DNA from: a virus
Lineage: Duplodnaviria > Heunggongvirae > Uroviricota > Caudoviricetes
IMG/VR virus record: IMGVR_UViG_3300027744_000008
Reading direction: 5' to 3' (one strand)
DNA: 64,000 nucleotides
The first letter of the stretch is position 1, and each line of letters begins with the position of its first letter. Positions 61,353 to 64,000 of this stretch are shown one piece after another. The translations under genes and the position numbers were made by a program. The notes under the pieces are model-generated. The model did no database searches. It was not told where the DNA came from and saw only the letters and a list, made by a program, of their open reading frames with translations.

Positions 61353-63617
61353 ATGACAATATCTAAACAAGAAATGGAAGACGTCCTACGGGACGCTGCT
61401 AAACGAGGTTACTTTCAAGGAAGTGGTGGCTCAGCACCGAGTGGTAGCCCACCGTCATCTTCTTCCAAATCTGTCACTGACGAAGCAGCTTACAAAGCAG
61501 CAGAGAAAGCTGCTGCTGTTCTCGGAATTACTGCCGAAGAAGCTTATCGCGGATTTAAGAAAGTATCTGATCAAAGTTTTACACTTGCTGACGCTTCAGA
61601 GAGTGCGGGTAAGATATTCCGTGAGATGGGCGGCCCGCTTGGGGAGGCAGCAGCAACGGTTATAGGTGATCTAGGAACTTACGGTCAACAAACAGTAGAT
61701 AAATGGAGAGAAGTCAGCAAGTTTGGTGCTAGCTTTGGCAATGATGCTATAGGATTTAGAGCAGGTGCTGCTCAGACTCGTATGAGTTTTGAGGAATACA
61801 CAAACTTTTTATCCAAGAATAAAGAAAGTTTAATAGGACTTGGCGGTTCAGTAACTGAAAGCGCAAGGTCATTTAACAAGTTCTCAAAAGATTTCATGGA
61901 TACCGATACCGCAGATAAGATGCGATCTATGGGCTATACCACTGAAGAACTTAATAATGTTCTAGCAGGCACTATGGCCTCACAGAGGTTGGTAAACTTA
62001 AACAATAAAGAAGCTAACGGCATTGCTATGAGATCAGCAGCAGATCTAGCAACACAGATGGATGCGGTGGCCAAGATAACTGGTAAAAGTAGACAAGAAC
62101 AAGAAGATGCAATGAAAGTTAGAGCCACTGATGCACAATATCAGGCTATGGAAAAGTTATCATTGATGGGATTATCTGAAAAAGAAAAAGCAGCTAGGGC
62201 TGCTGCCATTGAAAGTATGAAAACCAGCGCAGCTTCTCTTGGTCCTTCCGTTGAAGGTGTAGTAAAAGAAATGGCCACAGGTGGTGTCCGTAGTAAAGAA
62301 GCCGGTGAGATGATGGCAGCACTTGGTCCTGCAGGCAAACAACTACAAGATGCAGTTAATGCCAGTAAAAATGCCAAGACTGAAGACGATAAAATTCGTG
62401 CTGATAGGTTAATGAAAGAGGCCGAAGCCGCAGTTATTGCACAGCAGAATAGTAAAGGTTATTTAGAAGCTCAGATGTTAGGCATAGGTGCATTTAAAAC
62501 TGGTGCTGAAAGTACCATGGGTTATAGCAAGTCCATGGATGGTAATCTTAAAGAGATGAATGAAGCTAGAGCTAAAGCAGGAGAAAAACTATTAGATCTT
62601 GCTAATCCAGCAGACGCTAAAAAAGTAAAAGAGTACATGGATCAACGGGTTAAGAATGAGCAAGCAGGTAAAGATGCAGACGGTGTAAACAAAAACAAAG
62701 GAGCCGAAACTACTGATGCTATAGTTAAATTTGAAAGCCGTGCCAAAGATGCAGGCGCTGCTATTAATGCAAACCTAGTTGCACCGTTGAATGAAGCACT
62801 GGGTAAAAATATTAGAGCATATAACGAAAAAAATGAAGGCAAAGAATTATTCGGAAATGTCAAAGATGGAAAGAGTGCTAGAGCACGTTGGGAAGAACCT
62901 ATTGGCGGATTGACTAAAACATTTCTTGGTGACGGTCAAGCAGCACAGCCTACTAAAATAAAAGATCCTAAAACTGGAAAAGACCTTAGTGTGCCAGATA
63001 GTGTAGGCATGAATCGACAAAAAGCAGGAGTAACGGATTCTCTAGGCAGTTTAGGTCAGATGATGGTTACTGAACTGAATGTAACAGGAAAGTTTAATCC
63101 TGGAGTTGGTAGATCTAAAGGATCACTAGGTGAAACTGGTAACCTATTTGAAAATTTTGGACAAGGTACACTGGCCATGCTACATGGAAAAGAGTCTGTG
63201 GTCACAGAAGATCAAATGAAAAATCTAATGAAAGGTTCTCAAGGAATCAGTTTAGAAAACATTGCCAACAATTTTAAAACATCAATTAGTGCGATGCCAT
63301 CAATGAGTGGCCTAGGCCAAACCAAAGATACTTCACAGTCATCGCCGACAATGAACAATCTAAAGAAATCTAGTAGCGGACTTGCAGGCATGGGAAATGG
63401 TGTCGAAGGTGTTGCCGCTACCGCCACAGCCACTGGAACGGGTAGTAGTGATATGGGTGCCAGCGGCAAAGAAAAATCAATAACTGATTTGGACGACAAG
63501 CTAGATCAATTAAATAAGACTATGATGCAATTGGTTGTAATATCGTCGCAGACTGCCGAAAATAGCGGCAAACAGATCAAAGCCACTAAAGGGTTGGGCG
63601 GAAACTTATTCGCTTAA
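61353..63617 (+). CDS. Tape-measure-like / baseplate hub (gp29-like) helical protein
   Basis: 754 aa, A/K/E/G/M-rich and helical; GTLAMLHGKESVV motif and a LDQLNKTMMQL C-terminus like those of tape-measure proteins. Confidence 0.55.
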   Translation: MTISKQEMEDVLRDAAKRGYFQGSGGSAPSGSPPSSSSKSVTDEAAYKAAEKAAAVLGITAEEAYRGFKKVSDQSFTLADASESAGKIFREMGGPLGEAAATVIGDLGTYGQQTVDKWREVSKFGASFGNDAIGFRAGAAQTRMSFEEYTNFLSKNKESLIGLGGSVTESARSFNKFSKDFMDTDTADKMRSMGYTTEELNNVLAGTMASQRLVNLNNKEANGIAMRSAADLATQMDAVAKITGKSRQEQEDAMKVRATDAQYQAMEKLSLMGLSEKEKAARAAAIESMKTSAASLGPSVEGVVKEMATGGVRSKEAGEMMAALGPAGKQLQDAVNASKNAKTEDDKIRADRLMKEAEAAVIAQQNSKGYLEAQMLGIGAFKTGAESTMGYSKSMDGNLKEMNEARAKAGEKLLDLANPADAKKVKEYMDQRVKNEQAGKDADGVNKNKGAETTDAIVKFESRAKDAGAAINANLVAPLNEALGKNIRAYNEKNEGKELFGNVKDGKSARARWEEPIGGLTKTFLGDGQAAQPTKIKDPKTGKDLSVPDSVGMNRQKAGVTDSLGSLGQMMVTELNVTGKFNPGVGRSKGSLGETGNLFENFGQGTLAMLHGKESVVTEDQMKNLMKGSQGISLENIANNFKTSISAMPSMSGLGQTKDTSQSSPTMNNLKKSSSGLAGMGNGVEGVAATATATGTGSSDMGASGKEKSITDLDDKLDQLNKTMMQLVVISSQTAENSGKQIKATKGLGGNLFA

Positions 63618-63627
63618 ATAATACACT

Positions 63628-64000
63628 ATGTCATGGAAAAAATACTTCTCACCAGTATCAACTGGTAACTCTACCAATAATGTCACTTCAATGAACTCTG
63701 CTAGCAAAGCAGGCCCAGCGAGGACAAACTACAGTTCTTATCTGCCAGATATCTATACAGGCAGTCCAAATCGTGTTGAACGATATATGCAGTATGATAC
63801 CATGGACGGCGATCCAGAAGTTAATGCTGCACTGGATATTCTAGCAGAATTTTGCACACAATTATCAAGAGAAAATAATACACCTTTCACGGTACAGTGG
63901 CGCAGCAAGGCTACTAATAGCGAAATACATATCTTAAAAGAGTACCTACAACAGTGGACTAAGCTACAGAAGTTTGACACTAGAATGTTTCGTATCATTA
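63628..64000 (+). CDS. Portal vertex protein (T4 gp20-like), 3'-truncated
   Basis: ATG 63628, open to the window end: MSWKKYF...RYMQYDTMDGDPEVNAALDILAEF, matching the gp20 Y..M...PEV..A.D.I motif. Confidence 0.8.
   Translation, partial: MSWKKYFSPVSTGNSTNNVTSMNSASKAGPARTNYSSYLPDIYTGSPNRVERYMQYDTMDGDPEVNAALDILAEFCTQLSRENNTPFTVQWRSKATNSEIHILKEYLQQWTKLQKFDTRMFRII

Noticed and set aside
1-64000. Stop-codon reassignment (TAG/TGA recoding as in some large phages)
   Set aside because: Conserved genes are full length in the standard code, and TAA, TGA and TAG all terminate genes at sensible positions.

Overview
This window is part of a large, AT-rich T4-like (myovirus-type) bacteriophage genome read in the standard genetic code. 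1-16.6 kb (+): an early/middle accessory and metabolic block with 7-deazaguanine biosynthesis genes (QueD-like, FolE, QueE) interleaved with a GT-B glycosyltransferase, a cupin, a purine phosphoribosyltransferase, a HIT hydrolase and a BI-1/YccA membrane protein, then T4-type RNase H, a MoxR AAA+/vWA-metallopeptidase pair, a methyltransferase-like gene and thyX. 16.6-54.4 kb (-): a late structural block with baseplate gp48/54-, gp53-, hub-, gp5-, gp25- and gp6-like genes, a 5367-aa giant virion protein and three paralogous fibre proteins, ending in four glycosyltransferase-like genes. 54.5-58.8 kb (+): gp55-like late sigma factor, gp47/gp46 (Mre11/Rad50) and a stand-alone GIY-YIG nuclease, followed directly by a ~440-nt GC-enriched, densely base-paired non-coding region. 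That region is a candidate large structured RNA and the top finding. The window ends with a gp26/gp51-like gene pair joined by an in-phase -1 slippery site, a tape-measure-like gene and the start of the portal gene. No tRNA, rRNA or CRISPR array was seen. All calls come from motif recognition by eye; no database searches were run.
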